Origin: an uncultured Pseudomonadota bacterium
GTDB taxonomy: Bacteria > Oederibacteriota > Muellerivitia > Muellerivitales > Muellerivitaceae
NCBI GenBank assembly: GCA_963843375.1
Contig: CAWJKT010000010.1
Span: 96,001-160,000, forward strand
Length of the DNA stretch: 64,000 nucleotides
Reading direction: 5' to 3'
Shown piece after piece: positions 21,114 to 31,011 of this stretch. Below the pieces are notes generated by a model. It had not been told where the DNA came from, did no database searches, and saw only the letters and a list, made by a program, of their open reading frames with translations. How positions within the stretch are numbered: the stretch's first letter is position 1; the number at the start of each line of letters is the position of its first letter. The position numbers and the translations under genes are program-made.

Positions 21114-21603
21114 ATGGCTTTGGTTTATTTGTCTTTAGGGTCAAATTTGGGTAATCGGGACTTAATACTTAGCACAAGCCCGGAAGGCCATCGAGAAATC
21201 ATTTTCCATCGTCCGATTCTCAAAGTTTACGAAACCGAACCCGTGGATGTTACGGACCAACCCTGGTTTTTGAACCAAGTGGCCGAATTGCAGACCGACT
21301 TGGCGCCGGAAACTTTGCTAGAATGGGCACGGGTTTTGGAAAGCCAAGCCGGACGCCAAAGGGACATCCCCAAAAGGCCCACGGACTTTGGACATTGATA
21401 TATTGCTTTATGATGACTGGATTTTGGATGTCGAAGAGCTGGTGTTGCCCCACCCGCGCCTGGAGCAACGACGGCATGTTTTAGTACCTTTAATGGAACT
21501 ATCGCCGGAAAGGATCCTTCCGACCACGTCAAAAAACGGTCCGGGAAGCCCTTGAAACAAGTAAAAGACTTCGGCACAGGTTAAAACCCATGCTTCACCA
21601 TAA
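21114..21603 (+). CDS. folK: 2-amino-4-hydroxy-6-hydroxymethyldihydropteridine diphosphokinase (frameshifted)
   Basis: YLSLGSNLG, YETEP, FLNQV, then PRTLDIDILLY and LPHPRL in a shifted frame. End is approximate. Confidence 0.88.
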
Positions 21604-22233
21604 ATATATCGCGATCGAGGGTCCGATTGGTGTGGGGAAAACCAGTCTGGCGGATATCCTCGCCAAAAAACTAAACTCCCGTTTGATATTGGAAGGTGCG
21701 GAAGAAAATCCATTCATTACCGAGTTCTATAAAGACATCAAAAAACACGCTTTCCAAACCCAAATGTTTTTCCTTCTTTCCCGATACCGCCAACAGCAGG
21801 AAATGACCCAAAGCGACCTTTTCCAGCAAGGCATTGTGAGCGACTACGTTTTCGCCAAGGACCGGATTTTCGCCAACCTAACTTTGGACGACAATGAGTT
21901 AAAACTTTATGAACAAATTCATTCCATTTTAGGTGGCGGGTTTTGAAACCCGATTTTGTCATCTATCTCCAGGCTTCCACTGATGTTCTCTTGAAACGAA
22001 TCTCCATGCGGGGTCGGAAATTTGAAAACCAAATCACAGGGGATTACTTGGCGGAATTGAATCAGGCCTATAACTATTATTTCTTCCACTATCAGGAAAC
22101 TCCTTTGATGGTCGTCAATACAAGTGAGATCGATTTTGTCCACCGGGACGCGGACCTGGACGATCTTTTGACTCACATGGCGAAAGTCACCAAGGGAACG
22201 GTTTATTACCAACCCGTCAGCGTGAAAAAATAA
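21590..22233 (+). CDS. Deoxynucleoside kinase (frameshift ~21940)
   Basis: IAIEGPIGVGKTSL, AFQTQMFFL, DRIFA, KPDFVIYLQA. folK-dNK-panB synteny. Confidence 0.88.
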
Positions 22234-23049
22234 TGTCCGCCAAACAAACACCATATTGGATTTCCAAAACAAGTGCGACCGGGGTGAAAAACTCGTTGTG
22301 GTGACGGCTTATGATTATTCCATGGCTTTGGCGGTTGATGCCGCCGGGGTGGATGCCATTCTCGTGGGGGACAGCCTTTCCATGACCATGTTGGGCCGTC
22401 CCAATACTCTTTCGGCCACGATGGATGAGATGATCCACCACACCAAGGCGGTTACAAAGGGGGTCAAGAATGCCCTTATTATAGGGGACCTACCTTTTCT
22501 TTCTTATCAACTTGGGACTGGAAGAGGCTTTGGATAACGCCGGAGCCTTCCTCACCGAAGCTGGAGCCCAAGCGGTGAAACTGGAATGGTGTCCGCAAGC
22601 CCCCGAAGTAACGGCCTTTTTGGTTGAGAATGGGATTCCGGTCATGGGCCACGTGGGTTTTACCCCTCAACATGTTAACCAATTAGGGGGCTATCACTCC
22701 CAAGGTAAGGACAAGTCCACTGCCTTAAAATTACTTCAACAAGCAAAAGCATTGGAAAAGGCGGGCGCTTTTTCGGTGGTTTTGGAATTGGTGCCGGCAG
22801 AAGTGGCAAAAAAAATAACCGATTCACTTCGAATTCCAACAATTGGTATTGGTGCCGGACCCTTATTGTGACGGCCAAGTCCAGGTCCTTCACGACCTTT
22901 TGGGATTGCTTCCCGACTTTCATCCCAAACACGCCAAAGCTTATCTTAAACTGCACGAAGCTATTCGTGATGCCGTCCAACAATATGCCTATGGAAGTAA
23001 GAACCCAAAAATTCCCCAAGTAAGGCATCATCCCAAAGGTCCCCAATGA
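22233..23049 (+). CDS. panB: 3-methyl-2-oxobutanoate hydroxymethyltransferase (several frameshifts)
   Basis: [51 protein letters not shown]. Confidence 0.92.
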
Positions 23050-23892
23050 AAACTATCGTAGCTCCTTTCGAAGTCCATAAGCTTGTCCGGAAATGGCGTC
23101 AAACCCAAAAAACAATTGGTTTTGTACCGACGATGGGCGCCCTCCATGAAGGTCATTTGGAATTGGTGCGGACCTGCCGCAAGCAAAACAAGATACCGTT
23201 GTTTCGATTTATGTGAATCCCCTCCAGTTCGGTCCCCATGAGGATTTCAACCAATATCCCCGGATGATGGAAAAGGACTTGGAACTCCTCCAAAAAGAAA
23301 AAGTTCATTTGCTTTACAACCCAACGAACCGGGAAATGTACCCGAAAGGATTTTCCACTGAAATCAAAGTTAAGGGACCACTGGTCGAAGGTCTTTGCGC
23401 GCCCTATCGCCCCGGACACTTTGACGGCGTGGCCACGGTGGTGGTTAAACTTTTGGGAGCCGTTCAACCCGACCGGCTTTACCTTGGCCAAAAAGACGCA
23501 CAACAAGCCGCTGTCCTAAAAAAGGTGATCGCAGATCTTGAACATTGCGACCCAGACAGTGACATGCCCAATCGTCCGTGAACATGATGGACTGGCCATG
23601 AGCTCCCGGAATCAAAAATTAAGTTTGGAAGGACGGAATATTGCGCCTGTCCTTTACAGAGCGTTGAAAGTGGGGAAGAGCATCGTGGAATTGGGAGAAA
23701 CCGAGTAGTCGAAAAAGTGCTGGAAGAAATAAAAAAAGTGATTGCTGATGAACGTAAAGTCAAGATTCAATACTTGGAGGCGGTAAAAGCCGAAAGCTTG
23801 GAGCCTGTAAAGCGAAATAAATCCGGGCACGACTGATTGCCTTGGCGGCCTACCTTGACAATGTCCGGTTGATTGACAATATTGTTATCTAA
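23046..23892 (+). CDS. panC: Pantoate-beta-alanine ligase (several frameshifts)
   Basis: [52 protein letters not shown]. Confidence 0.92.
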
Positions 23893-23921
23893 CAGAAAAC
23901 CGATTGTTATTTCGAATCGCA

Positions 23922-24020
23922 GAAAGACGGAAATGACCTTAAATAAGGCATTGCTTCTTGAAGGCTGGATGCGTCCGGTCTTTCGGTTAAACTGTCGAAT
24001 ATTGAATCCCAATTCGAGGA
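23922..24020 (+). ncRNA. Candidate structured cis-regulatory RNA between panC and panD (possibly pan motif-like)
   Basis: GAAAGAC/GTCTTTC closing stem, an inner AATG(A)CCTT-AAAT-AAGGCATT hairpin with a bulged A, and a TCGAAT/ATTCGA stem overlapping the panD SD. Confidence 0.4.
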
Positions 24021-24024
24021 AAAC

Positions 24025-24396
24025 ATGGCCCGTACATTCGTTAAATCCAAGATCCATCAAGTGAGTGGTTACTCAAACCGAACTTTGGTACGAGGGAAGT
24101 ATCACGCTGGATTCAAAATTGATGAAAGCCGCAGACATCGCCCCTTATGAGCAGGTTCACGTCTTGAATCTTAACAACGGCAGCCGGATCGCTACTTATG
24201 CCATTGAAGGGAAAGCCCAATTCGGGGGTCGTGTGCATGAACGGGGCGGCGGCCCGGCACACTGAGATCGGTGACAAGCTCATCGTTCTTGACTTATGAA
24301 AGTTTTCCCCAGGCACCTTCCGCCGGTTATTCTCCGACCGTAGTTTCGGTCAACGCGGAGAACAAAGTCACGAAGGTAAAGAGAGGAAGCTTGACC
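24025..24396 (+). CDS. panD: Aspartate 1-decarboxylase (frameshifted)
   Basis: KSKIH, YEGSITLD (self-cleavage G-S), NNGSRIATY, MNGAAAR. No in-frame stop before nadA as read. Confidence 0.9.
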
Positions 24397-25332
24397 ATGT
24401 CACTTGACCTGTTTTTAGATGACACGGAACTTATTGCCCGCATCCAGGAACTGAAAAAGGAGCGAAAGCCATTATTTTGGCCCATAGTTATGAGCGGCCC
24501 GGAAGTACAGGATATCGCTGATTATGTCGGGGATTCTCTGGAACTTTCCCGTTTGGCGGCAAAGACGGATGCCGATGTCATCGTTTTTTGCAGCGTCCAT
24601 TTCATGGCGGAAACCGCCAAAATCCTTTCACCCCAAAAAACCGTTTTATTGCCCGCCGCTGAAGCGGGTTGCCCACTGGCCGATATGATCACGCCCGCCC
24701 AATTGGAAGCGGAAAAAGCCAAGTATCCGAATGCCGCGGTGGTGGCCTATGTCAATTGTTCCGCCGAAATCAAGTCCATGGCCGACGTCTGCTGTACTTC
24801 GGCGAATGCCCTTCAGGTCGTAAATGCCATGCCCCAGGAAGAAATTCTTTTCGTGCCCGACCACCACCTGGGCCGCTGGGTGCAGACCCAGACGCATAAA
24901 AAAATGATCCTCTGGGCAGGCTGCTGTCCGACGCATCAGCGGATGAAGCCCAAGGACATCATCGCCCTCAAGCAGGAACATCCGGACGCGGTCGTGGTGG
25001 TCCATCCCGAGAGCAACGAGGATATCTGCAACATGGCGGACGCCATCCTTTCGACGTCCCAAATGCTGCGTTATTGCCAGGGCTCACCGGCCAAAACCTT
25101 CATCATCGGCACCGAAATGGGTATGCTGCACCGTCTGCGAACATCCATGCCGGAAAAAAGTTTCCTTCTTCCGACCAAAAGTCTTATTTGCCCCAACATG
25201 AAAATGACCCAATTGGAAGATGTTTACGAGTCCTTGAAGGAACTCCAACATCCCATCGAAATTCCCGAACCCATCCGGATCAAGGCGCTCAAAGCTCTCG
25301 ACGGCATGTTGGCGGCGGTTCCCACGAAGTGA
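24397..25332 (+). CDS. nadA: Quinolinate synthase
   Basis: GDSLEL, VHFMAETAKIL, AGCPLAD, YVNCSAE, CCTSAN, CPTH, HPE, CPNMK. Confidence 0.95.
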   Translation: MSLDLFLDDTELIARIQELKKERKPLFWPIVMSGPEVQDIADYVGDSLELSRLAAKTDADVIVFCSVHFMAETAKILSPQKTVLLPAAEAGCPLADMITPAQLEAEKAKYPNAAVVAYVNCSAEIKSMADVCCTSANALQVVNAMPQEEILFVPDHHLGRWVQTQTHKKMILWAGCCPTHQRMKPKDIIALKQEHPDAVVVVHPESNEDICNMADAILSTSQMLRYCQGSPAKTFIIGTEMGMLHRLRTSMPEKSFLLPTKSLICPNMKMTQLEDVYESLKELQHPIEIPEPIRIKALKALDGMLAAVPTK

Positions 25333-26165
25333 AAAGGGCTCCATCCAGGCGCCTTGGAATCGTCGGTTGTGGCGCCATCGGTTCGCTGGTAGCCCGTCTC
25401 CTTGAAAATAAAAAATCTTCCTTTCGCGTTACCGCACTTTTCGACATTAACCGCTCATCCGCTGTTGGACTCTCAAACAAATTGAAATCTCGACCTGCTA
25501 TTTGTGCCCGGAGTAAGTTCCGTTGCTCGAGAAATGCGACATCGTTTTGGAAGCGGCTTCCGTTCCGAGCGTCGCTTGCTATTGCTATTTCCGCATTGAA
25601 AAAAAAGAAACCCATCGTGATGATGAGCACCGGGGGATTTCTTCTTCATCAAAAACAATTGGAAAAACTAGCCCGGCGTTACCGGACCAAAATTCATCTT
25701 CCCTCAGGAGCCCTTTGCGGATTGGACGGTTTAAAAGCCGCCCGGCAAATCGGTGAAATAAGGGAATTGCGCATCACCTCCACTAAACCATCCAAGGAGT
25801 TTTGAGGGGGCTCCCGGTTTAACCTCATGCTCAAAAACAAATTGCTTTCCAAAAGAAAAACCCCTTTTTATCTTTATCGCGGGGATGTTTGGGGAGCTAT
25901 CCATCGTTTTCCGGCTAATATCAATGTGGCCGCGACAACGGCTTTGGCTTCTGGAAATCCCCAAAAACTCAAAGTTCGGATCATGGCCGATCCAAAAACC
26001 AAATTTAATCAGCACGAAATTCATGTTTCAGGTGATTTTGGCGAGTTGACAGCTGTCTCTCGCAACTTTCCTTCAAAGCAGAACCCCAAAACCAGCGCCT
26101 TAGCCATACAAGCGGCCCTCGCGCTCTTTGAGCGTTTGGAAAGTTATGTGGAAGTGGGAAACTGA
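25329..26165 (+). CDS. nadX: L-aspartate dehydrogenase (frameshifted)
   Basis: GIVGCGAIG, LEAAS, PSGALCGLD, FPANINVAA, NPKTSALA. Directly after nadA. Confidence 0.88.
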
Positions 26166-27151
26166 TGCCAGAACCATCGACTACCGGCGTTCCCTGCGCG
26201 ATTCAAATAAGGAATCTTTCGAAAACATATAAAACCGGTTTTTGGTTCACCCCCAAAATCACTCACGCCCTTAAAAATCTTCACTTGGATGTTTACGAAA
26301 ATCAGGCTTTCGGCCTAATGGGTCTTGAATGGGGCCGGAAAAACAACGGTTATTAAGTTGGTCTTGGGTCTTTTGAAACCTACGAAAGGATCCATTGAGG
26401 TTTTAGGCGGAAAAATTTCCAATAGTCAAGTCCGCAAGCAAATAGGATATCTTTCCGAATTGCCCTATTTTTCCAAACAGCATACCGGTCAGGGAGTTAC
26501 TTGAATATTTTGGCTCCTTGCATGGCTTAGTCGGGTTAGCCACTCTGGCCCACCGGGTGGATGAAATTTTGAATTAGTCAGAATGACTCCGACCTGCCAA
26601 AGATAAAGTTTCCGGATATTCCAAAGGAATGCTCCAGCGCATCGGAATAGGTCAGGCGCTTATTGGAAAACCCACAACTCCTTATTTGCGATGAACCCAT
26701 GAGTGGCCTGGACCCTGTGGGTTACAAGGAGATGCGGGATATATTCATCGACTTGAAAAAAACAGGAACGACCCTTTTTCTAAACACCCACATCTTGGAT
26801 GAAGTGGAACGTATTTGCGATCAGTATCGGAATTCTCCATGACGGAATGTTGAAAGAAACGGTACCTACATGTCCAAAATCCTGGAGTCTTCCGTTCCGG
26901 TGGATTATTGGGTGGATGTGGAGAAGGCGGAGGCGGCCAAATTGTCGGGCATGCCGTTTCAGGACGCTATCCACCATAATGGTGGGGTTCAAATAACGGG
27001 TTTGGTGCTTGCGGAAACCCTCGCTCTTTTAAACTCCCGAAAAGCCAAAATAAAGGGAGTGCGGCCCCTTTCCTCATTGGTGGAGGCTTATTTCCTTAAT
27101 GCGATCGGGGCTCAAGACCATTTGACCCGGTCCCTTCGGAGGAGGAAAAAC
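26165..27151 (+). CDS. ABC transporter ATP-binding protein (PilH-like; multiple frameshifts)
   Basis: NLSKTY, Walker A G..GAGKTT (disrupted), YSKGMLQRIGIGQAL, DEPMSGLDP, THIL. End is approximate. Confidence 0.8.
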
Positions 27152-27930
27152 ATGAATCGAATTCTAGCCGTAGGAAATTTTACTTACCGGGAATTGATCC
27201 GAAGCAAGATGCTGTTTATTTGGCTAATTAGCGTGGTAGTATTTGTGGTCTGGCTTTTCTTTTGTCCATCCTGAGTTTTGGCAGCGTCCTTGAGATATTC
27301 ATGGATTTGGGATTAACCGGAATGGAAATATCGGGGTTGTTGGTTCTCGATTTTAAGTCTGGCCGTGACCTACACGACGGAAATGGATCAAAAAGCCATT
27401 TACCTCCATTTAGCCAAACCCCTCACGAAGGGAGAATATCTCTTGGGTCGAATTCTGGGTTTTTATGGGGTGATTTTGTTGGTGGTACTCGGGATGGGTT
27501 TGGTGGTAGTCGGATTGTTGTTTTTGTCGGGGGTGGCCAGATTCCCCCGCTCTTTCTACGATTGTGTTGTTTTCATCCTATTGGAAATGTTCGTCCTAAC
27601 CGATTCTGGGGTTGACTTATCCAAATGATCGCCACTTCCATGGTAGGAGTCGTGCTTTACACCTTTCTTCACTATTTTCCTGGGCCATTGCATCGGTGAA
27701 GTGGAATGGCTTTTAAACCAGCAAATCGCCCAATGGGTTAAAGTTCTTTTGAAGATGATTTATTACATCTTCCAAACTTGGAAGTTTTTAATTTGAAAGA
27801 CCGGATTTATGATCCCACCATGGTTTTGGGTTGGACCCAGTGGCAAGAAGTCCTCCTTTACGCCTTGGCTTATTCTTTAACCGTCTTTCTGATCGGATGG
27901 ATGAATTTGGAAAAAAGGGAATTTAAATGA
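27152..27930 (+). CDS. ABC transporter permease (PilI-like; frameshifted)
   Basis: MNRILAV..TYRELIR, DLGL, EMDQKAIY..LAKPL..YLLGR, LPNLE, ending EKREFK. Confidence 0.75.
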
Positions 27931-28639
27931 ACACGAGTTCGCTTTATGACAGGATTTTAAATTGGGCACCGGGGTTGATTATGGTGGCTGTTTCTAACCC
28001 AGGCTTTTCTTTCCCGATCTAGAATCATGGGTACATCCCGAATCTTTCGAAGTTGGCGGGGTCATCAAAAAATGGATCAAAGAGTTTCATCCACTTTACG
28101 AGCCGTGGCTTTTTTAAGCGGATACAAAGTGCTCGTGGGACATGTCTTTTGGATTGAGGTGATTCAGTACTATGGGGACTCAGATAACGCGGCGACTCGC
28201 GTTTTTCAAAATTATATGATTACTGCAGTTTGGCTTCGGATCTTAATCCCCAATTTATCTCCATTTATACCTTTGGCGGCCGCCGCCTTGGCGTTTCATT
28301 TGAAACGAATCGACGAAGGCGACGCAATTATTGGAAAAAGGGATAAAGTCCAATCCCCACGCCGAACGGCTTAAGTTTCTCCTGGCCGCCATTCTTTACC
28401 AACACACCGAAAAGGAAGAGGATTTGATTCCAGTCCTTGAGGAGGAAGCGGGGCGCCCTGACGCACCCCCGATGCTGGTGAACATATTGGCCAATACGTA
28501 TAAAAAAGTGGGCCGCTACCAGGATGCCATCCGGGTTTGGAAAAAAATTCTCCAAACTGGTGAAACGGATATGCAAAGGATCACGGCCGCCCAAAAGCTT
28601 CAGGAGCTTTACCTGATTACCAAGGTTGCCAAGCCTTGA
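27927..28639 (+). CDS. TPR-containing membrane-associated protein (PilG-like; frameshifted)
   Basis: FWIEVIQYYG, EKGIKSNP, TPR-like LANTYKKVGRYQDAIRVW. Follows the ABC pair. Confidence 0.55.
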
Positions 28640-28655
28640 GGTTCTGGAATACTCA

Positions 28656-29594
28656 ATGATCCATCTTGTCACCCTTAATCCCGCGTTGGACTTGGAACTT
28701 CGATTAAAAGAACCGATCCAGGGAAAAATTGGGGAGGTTTTGGAGTCGAACGTGGAAGCTGGCGGCAAAGCTCTCAATATCGCCCGATTTTTTCGAAAAT
28801 GGAGGATACCGGCCAGGACCTGGTTGGGAACCGGCGGGGGAAATCACCCCACCCATCATCTTTATCGTTCTTTGCTGGCAAGGGAAGGACTGGCCCCCTA
28901 TTACCTCAGTTCAAAAGTTCCCATCCGGTTAAATGTAGTGGTGGAAAACAATCGAAAAACAAAAAAATATAATCATCCCGGTTTCGAACTGGATTTAGGA
29001 GAATTCGGCCGTTTGGATAAGGCAGTTAAAAAAGATGATCTATTGGTAATGACGGGCCGACTTCCCAAGGGAATGAATCCAGCCCTTTATGGGTCTTGGA
29101 TACAAGTCTTCAAGCGCAGAGGTGTTTGGACAGTGGTCGATAGCTCAGGCCCGGCTCTTCGAGAAGCTCTTAAGGCCAAACCTTGGTTTTTCAAAGTGAA
29201 TCTTTACGAATTTTCGGAATCGATTCACCGCAAATTATCCGGGTTAAAGCAGGTTTATCAATACTTGCCAAACCTCTTTAAATCCGGTCTTTTCCACGGA
29301 GCTGTGACGAATGGAATCGAAGGCGCGTTGCTTTGGAACGGTAAAGAAGTTTGTTGGGTCAAGTCTCCCCAAAAGGTAATCGGACGTATGGTCGTGGGAG
29401 CGGGAGATGGTTTTTTAGCGGGATATTTAAAGAGCCGGCAAACTGGAAAAAACTTCATCGAATGCGCCCGCCTGGCATCCGCCACCGGCACGGCGGTTGC
29501 TTTAACCGGAATTATGGGCTTTGAACCTCGATTAATCTCCCGTTTAGCCAAAAGCATAAAAGTGAAAAAGTTTAAGGATCTCAATGAATCTTGA
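28656..29594 (+). CDS. 1-phosphofructokinase-family (PfkB) hexose kinase
   Basis: VTLNPALD, GGKALN, DSSG, KVNLYE, VGAGDGFLAG. Confidence 0.9.
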   Translation: MIHLVTLNPALDLELRLKEPIQGKIGEVLESNVEAGGKALNIARFFRKWRIPARTWLGTGGGNHPTHHLYRSLLAREGLAPYYLSSKVPIRLNVVVENNRKTKKYNHPGFELDLGEFGRLDKAVKKDDLLVMTGRLPKGMNPALYGSWIQVFKRRGVWTVVDSSGPALREALKAKPWFFKVNLYEFSESIHRKLSGLKQVYQYLPNLFKSGLFHGAVTNGIEGALLWNGKEVCWVKSPQKVIGRMVVGAGDGFLAGYLKSRQTGKNFIECARLASATGTAVALTGIMGFEPRLISRLAKSIKVKKFKDLNES

Positions 29595-30879
29595 AAATCG
29601 AATGATTTATTCCGTTTCTGAGCTTCTTCAATCCGCCCGAATGCTTTTGGAAACCAAGTTTCCGAATATTCTGGTCCAAGGTGAAATAACTGATTTCAAA
29701 CATCATTCTTCCGGTCATATGTATTTTTCCCTCAAGGACGAGAAAAGTGTTTTACGATGCGCTTTTTTCAAAGGCAATAACTTTGGGCTAGCCTTCAAGC
29801 CCGAAAACGGCTTAAAAGTGGTGGCGGGAGGTCTTATCACGATCTACCAAGGCTACGGCCAGTTTCAAATGAATGTTCAGTTGCTGGAGCCTCAAGGTGT
29901 GGGCGGCCTTCAATTAGCCTTTGAGCAGTTGAAAAAGAAACTGGCCGAAGAGGGCCTTTTTGATCCGGCAAGAAAAAGACCTCTCCCCAAGTACCCAAAA
30001 CGAATCGCCATTGTTACCTCGGGGCAGGGAGCGGCCCTGCAAGATTTTTTGAAAATTCTTGCCACCCGGGTTGGAGTTGAGGACTTTGATGTTTTCGACG
30101 TCAAGGTTCAGGGTAAGGAAGCCCCTGTTGAAATCATTTCTGCTATCCGGGAAATTTCTGAAAAAGCGCTCCACGATGTTCTGGTTTTAACCAGGGGTGG
30201 AGGCAGCCAGGAAGATCTGGCGGCCTTCAACGACGAAAGGGTGGTGAGAGAGCTGGCCTCCTCAAGCGTCCCGACCATTTGCGCCGTAGGACATGAGGTG
30301 GATTTCAGCCTTTGTGATTTCGTCGCAGATTTGCGGGCTCCGACTCCGACGGCAGCGGCGGCTATGCTGGCCCCCGGACGGGATGAGGTGGAGTCGGAAA
30401 TCGCCAATCTGGCTTTGCGGTTAAAAGACGCCTTGAATGACTTGGTTCAGGAAAGAAAAAGAGACCTTCAAGAACTGTCGGGAATTCTTCAAGAACGCCG
30501 ACCTGATTATTTAATCACTGAAGCCCGTCAGAACCTGGACCGCAGAACAGAAGATTTACAGGAAGCTTTACTGAAAGCACTTCAAGATAAGAAACTAATT
30601 CTTCAGCGTTTCGGGGATTTTCTTTCCCGCGCCACACCCCTACAGGCCGTCAAACCTTTCCGTGAAAAGATCCATGGCCTGGAAGCCCAATTACAAGCCT
30701 ACCATCCTTATGGCCCATTGAAACGGGGATATGCGGTGGTCAGCCTCAAAAAGACAGGTGAAATCCTGCGTTCTCCTAAGGGTTTGAAAAAGGGCGACCG
30801 TCTTGGCATTCAACTTCAGCAAGGAACCCTGGAATCTGAAGTGAGCGGCCTTGATGAACAAGGGGATTTGCTTTCGTAA
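29584..30879 (+). CDS. xseA: Exodeoxyribonuclease VII large subunit
   Basis: SGHMYFSLKD, RGGGS.EDL..FNDE, AVGHEVD, RAPTPTAAA. Confidence 0.97.
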   Translation: MNLENRMIYSVSELLQSARMLLETKFPNILVQGEITDFKHHSSGHMYFSLKDEKSVLRCAFFKGNNFGLAFKPENGLKVVAGGLITIYQGYGQFQMNVQLLEPQGVGGLQLAFEQLKKKLAEEGLFDPARKRPLPKYPKRIAIVTSGQGAALQDFLKILATRVGVEDFDVFDVKVQGKEAPVEIISAIREISEKALHDVLVLTRGGGSQEDLAAFNDERVVRELASSSVPTICAVGHEVDFSLCDFVADLRAPTPTAAAAMLAPGRDEVESEIANLALRLKDALNDLVQERKRDLQELSGILQERRPDYLITEARQNLDRRTEDLQEALLKALQDKKLILQRFGDFLSRATPLQAVKPFREKIHGLEAQLQAYHPYGPLKRGYAVVSLKKTGEILRSPKGLKKGDRLGIQLQQGTLESEVSGLDEQGDLLS

Positions 30880-31011
30880 ATGAACTTAACGATCTACAAA
30901 AGCGCTTTTTCGGTAATTTGGCTCGTTATGAGATTCGTTTGCATTTAAAAGATTTAAAAAATCTTGGCCTCAAATGAATTCCGCTTATATCATCAGTCCC
31001 CGGAGGTAGGC

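Noticed and set aside
11136..26165. Pseudogenisation or programmed frameshifting of argD, lysA, dapL, folK, panBCD and nadX
   Set aside because: Catalytic motifs are intact on both sides of each break, there is no shared slippery motif, and essential leuS is broken the same way. Sequencing indels explain this best.
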